Assembly (NCBI RefSeq): GCF_007748075.1
Contig: NZ_CP036280.1
Location: 1,140,001-1,172,000, forward strand
Direction of reading: 5' to 3'
Length of the DNA: 32,000 nt
DNA from: Mucisphaera calidilacus
Lineage (GTDB): Bacteria > Planctomycetota > Phycisphaerae > Phycisphaerales > Phycisphaeraceae
In this document: piece by piece, positions 30,281-32,000 of the stretch
How positions within the stretch are numbered: the stretch's first letter is position 1
How the letters are laid out: every line of letters begins with the position of its first letter
Position numbers and translations under genes: made by a program
Notes under the pieces: model-generated
What the model saw: only the letters and a program-made list of their open reading frames with translations
Databases searched by the model: none
Told to the model about the DNA's origin: nothing

Positions 30281-32000
30281 TCACGCGTTCTCCACAGCCG
30301 TCGCCGCAGCCATATGCTTGAGCGCCGCCGTACGCTGGCGAACCTGCTCCTCCGTCGCCTCAACCACACGCTGGAAACGCTCCGGATCGCTCTTCTTCAT
30401 GATCCGGAAACGAGCCTCCGAATTCATGTAATCCGACACCGTCGTCTTGCCCTTAGGCATGTCCACCTGCAACGGGTTCTTGCCCTCATCCGACCGACGC
30501 GGGTCAAACCGATACAAAGGCCACACGCCCGCCGACACCGCCAGCTTCTGGTGGTTCAGGCCGTCCTTCAGGTCATAACCGTGAGCGATGCAGTGGGCAT
30601 ATGCCACCACCAGCGACGGCCCGTCATAAGACTCCGCCTCCTGGATCACCTTCACCGCGTGGTTGTCATTCGCGCCCAACGCGATCGAACCCACATACGC
30701 ATGACCATAGCTCATCGCGATCTGGCCCAGGTCCTTCTTGCCCGTCAGCTTCCCGGTCGTCGCGAAACGAGCCGCAGCGCCCAGAGGCGTCGCCTTCGAG
30801 GCCTGGCCGCCCGTGTTCGAATACACCTCGGTGTCGAGCACCAGCATGTTCACGTTCCGGCTCTGTGCCAGCACGTGATCCAACCCGCCGAAACCGATGT
30901 CATACGCCCAGCCGTCACCGCCGATGATCCACACCGACCGGTCAACCAGGTTCGCCAGCACCGTCGCCAGACGCTTCGCCGCCGGGTCCGATACCGATGC
31001 CAAAGTCTTGCGGATCGCGTCGATCGCCTCGTAGCGCTCCGAGATCGCCTTGTCGGGATCCTTCAGCACAGCGACCGCGGCCGCCGGCAGACTGCCCTCG
31101 AGACGGTCGAGCAGGGCGGCAGCCTCGCGCGCGTGCAGGTCCGCACCCAGACGCATGCCGTAGCCATACTCCGCGTTGTCCTCGAACAACGAGTTCGACC
31201 ACGCCGGGCCGCGACCACACGCGTCCGTCGTGTAAGGCGTCGTCGGCAGATTGCCGCCGAAGATCGAAGAACAACCCGTCGCATTCGCGATCAGCAGCCG
31301 ATCACCATACAACTGAGTCAACAGCTTGATGTAAGGCGTCTCACCACAACCCGAGCACGCACCACTGAACTCGAACAGCGGCTCGATCATCTGCGAGCCC
31401 TTCGCGTCCAGACGAACCACACGCTCACGCTGCATCTGCGGCAACCCGCGGAAGAAGTCGAAGCGGTCACGCTGACCATCAAGATCATCAAGACGCGGCT
31501 TCATCTCCAACGCACAACGGTCCGGGTTCTCACGGTCAATCGCCGGACAAACCTCAACACACAACTCGCAGCCCGTGCAGTCATCCGGTGCCACGCTCAG
31601 CGTGTAACGCTTGCCCTTGAAGTCCTTGCCCTTCGCATCGACCGCCACAAAGCCCTCGGGAGCGCCGGCCAGATCCGACTCGTCCACCAGCTTCATACGG
31701 ATCGCCGCGTGCGGGCACACCAGCGCACACTTGTTGCACTGGATACAAAGGTCCTCGTCCCACCGAGGCGTCTCCGTCGCGATGCCACGCTTCTCCCACT
31801 GCGACGTGCCCGTCGGCCACGTCCCGTCCACCGGGAACGCCGACACCGGCAGCAGATCGCCCTCGCCCGCAAGAATCTTCGCCGTGATCCGCTGCACGAA
31901 GTCCGGGGCCTCCTCGGGCACCGTCGGCGGCACTTCGTAACCCGCGTCCGCCGCCTCCGGTATCTCGACCTGGTGCAGGTTCGCGACCGCCGCATCCACC
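30281..32000 (-). CDS. nifJ: Pyruvate:ferredoxin (flavodoxin) oxidoreductase, C-terminal part (gene continues beyond the window)
   Basis: Ferredoxin-type clusters CIQCNKCALVCPHAAIR and CTGCELCVEVCP. TPP-binding region GGDGWAYDIGFGGLDHV. The leading M in the track is an edge artefact. Confidence 0.95.
   Translation of the reverse strand, partial: VDAAVANLHQVEIPEAADAGYEVPPTVPEEAPDFVQRITAKILAGEGDLLPVSAFPVDGTWPTGTSQWEKRGIATETPRWDEDLCIQCNKCALVCPHAAIRMKLVDESDLAGAPEGFVAVDAKGKDFKGKRYTLSVAPDDCTGCELCVEVCPAIDRENPDRCALEMKPRLDDLDGQRDRFDFFRGLPQMQRERVVRLDAKGSQMIEPLFEFSGACSGCGETPYIKLLTQLYGDRLLIANATGCSSIFGGNLPTTPYTTDACGRGPAWSNSLFEDNAEYGYGMRLGADLHAREAAALLDRLEGSLPAAAVAVLKDPDKAISERYEAIDAIRKTLASVSDPAAKRLATVLANLVDRSVWIIGGDGWAYDIGFGGLDHVLAQSRNVNMLVLDTEVYSNTGGQASKATPLGAAARFATTGKLTGKKDLGQIAMSYGHAYVGSIALGANDNHAVKVIQEAESYDGPSLVVAYAHCIAHGYDLKDGLNHQKLAVSAGVWPLYRFDPRRSDEGKNPLQVDMPKGKTTVSDYMNSEARFRIMKKSDPERFQRVVEATEEQVRQRTAALKHMAAATAVENA

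Overview
GC-rich bacterial window. Nearly all of it (about 0.2-29.9 kb) looks like an integrated prophage-like or satellite-like mobile element. The element abuts an initiator tRNA-Met gene (30162-30235, minus) and a host pyruvate:ferredoxin oxidoreductase gene (30281 to the window end, minus).

Layout from right to left:
(1) A translationally coupled large-serine-recombinase module, 27003-29810 (small ORF, DUF2924, recombinase, ParB-like HTH).
(2) A plus-strand type I R-M operon, 16439-26945 (HTH, hsdM, hsdS, hsdR). It carries nested passenger genes: rhuM, an hsdS 5' stub, a 3-TM membrane protein, proline-rich repeat debris, two DUF488 paralogs and an OB-like protein.
(3) A regulatory block, 14480-16339 (ECF-like sigma, hyperacidic protein, ImmA/IrrE protease). 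It is divergent from an orphan two-gene operon of unknown function (12088-14233) that has its own terminator.
(4) A long minus-strand recombination/replication module, 1557-11866. Gene order is second sigma factor, PD-(D/E)XK exonuclease, a tRNA-like element, AAA_24 ATPase, DUF669, RusA, SF2 helicase, PrimPol/DUF3987 replication protein and ParB-methyltransferase. An antisense mazEF cassette and an iteron-plus-AT-rich putative origin (about 3097-3339) sit inside it.
(5) A Fic gene with a phased three-operator promoter, and the 3' end of a HARE-HTH gene at the left edge.

No CRISPR array, rRNA or phage structural genes are visible.

Candidates for novel biology, most interesting first:
- the DUF488-DUF488-OB cassette sitting in the PrrC-like position between hsdS and hsdR;
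- the orphan 395 aa + 323 aa operon;
- the sigma/acidic/ImmA switch;
- a 35-nt bipartite motif present twice;
- the non-canonical tRNA-like element.

All family assignments come from motif recognition by eye. No database search was run.
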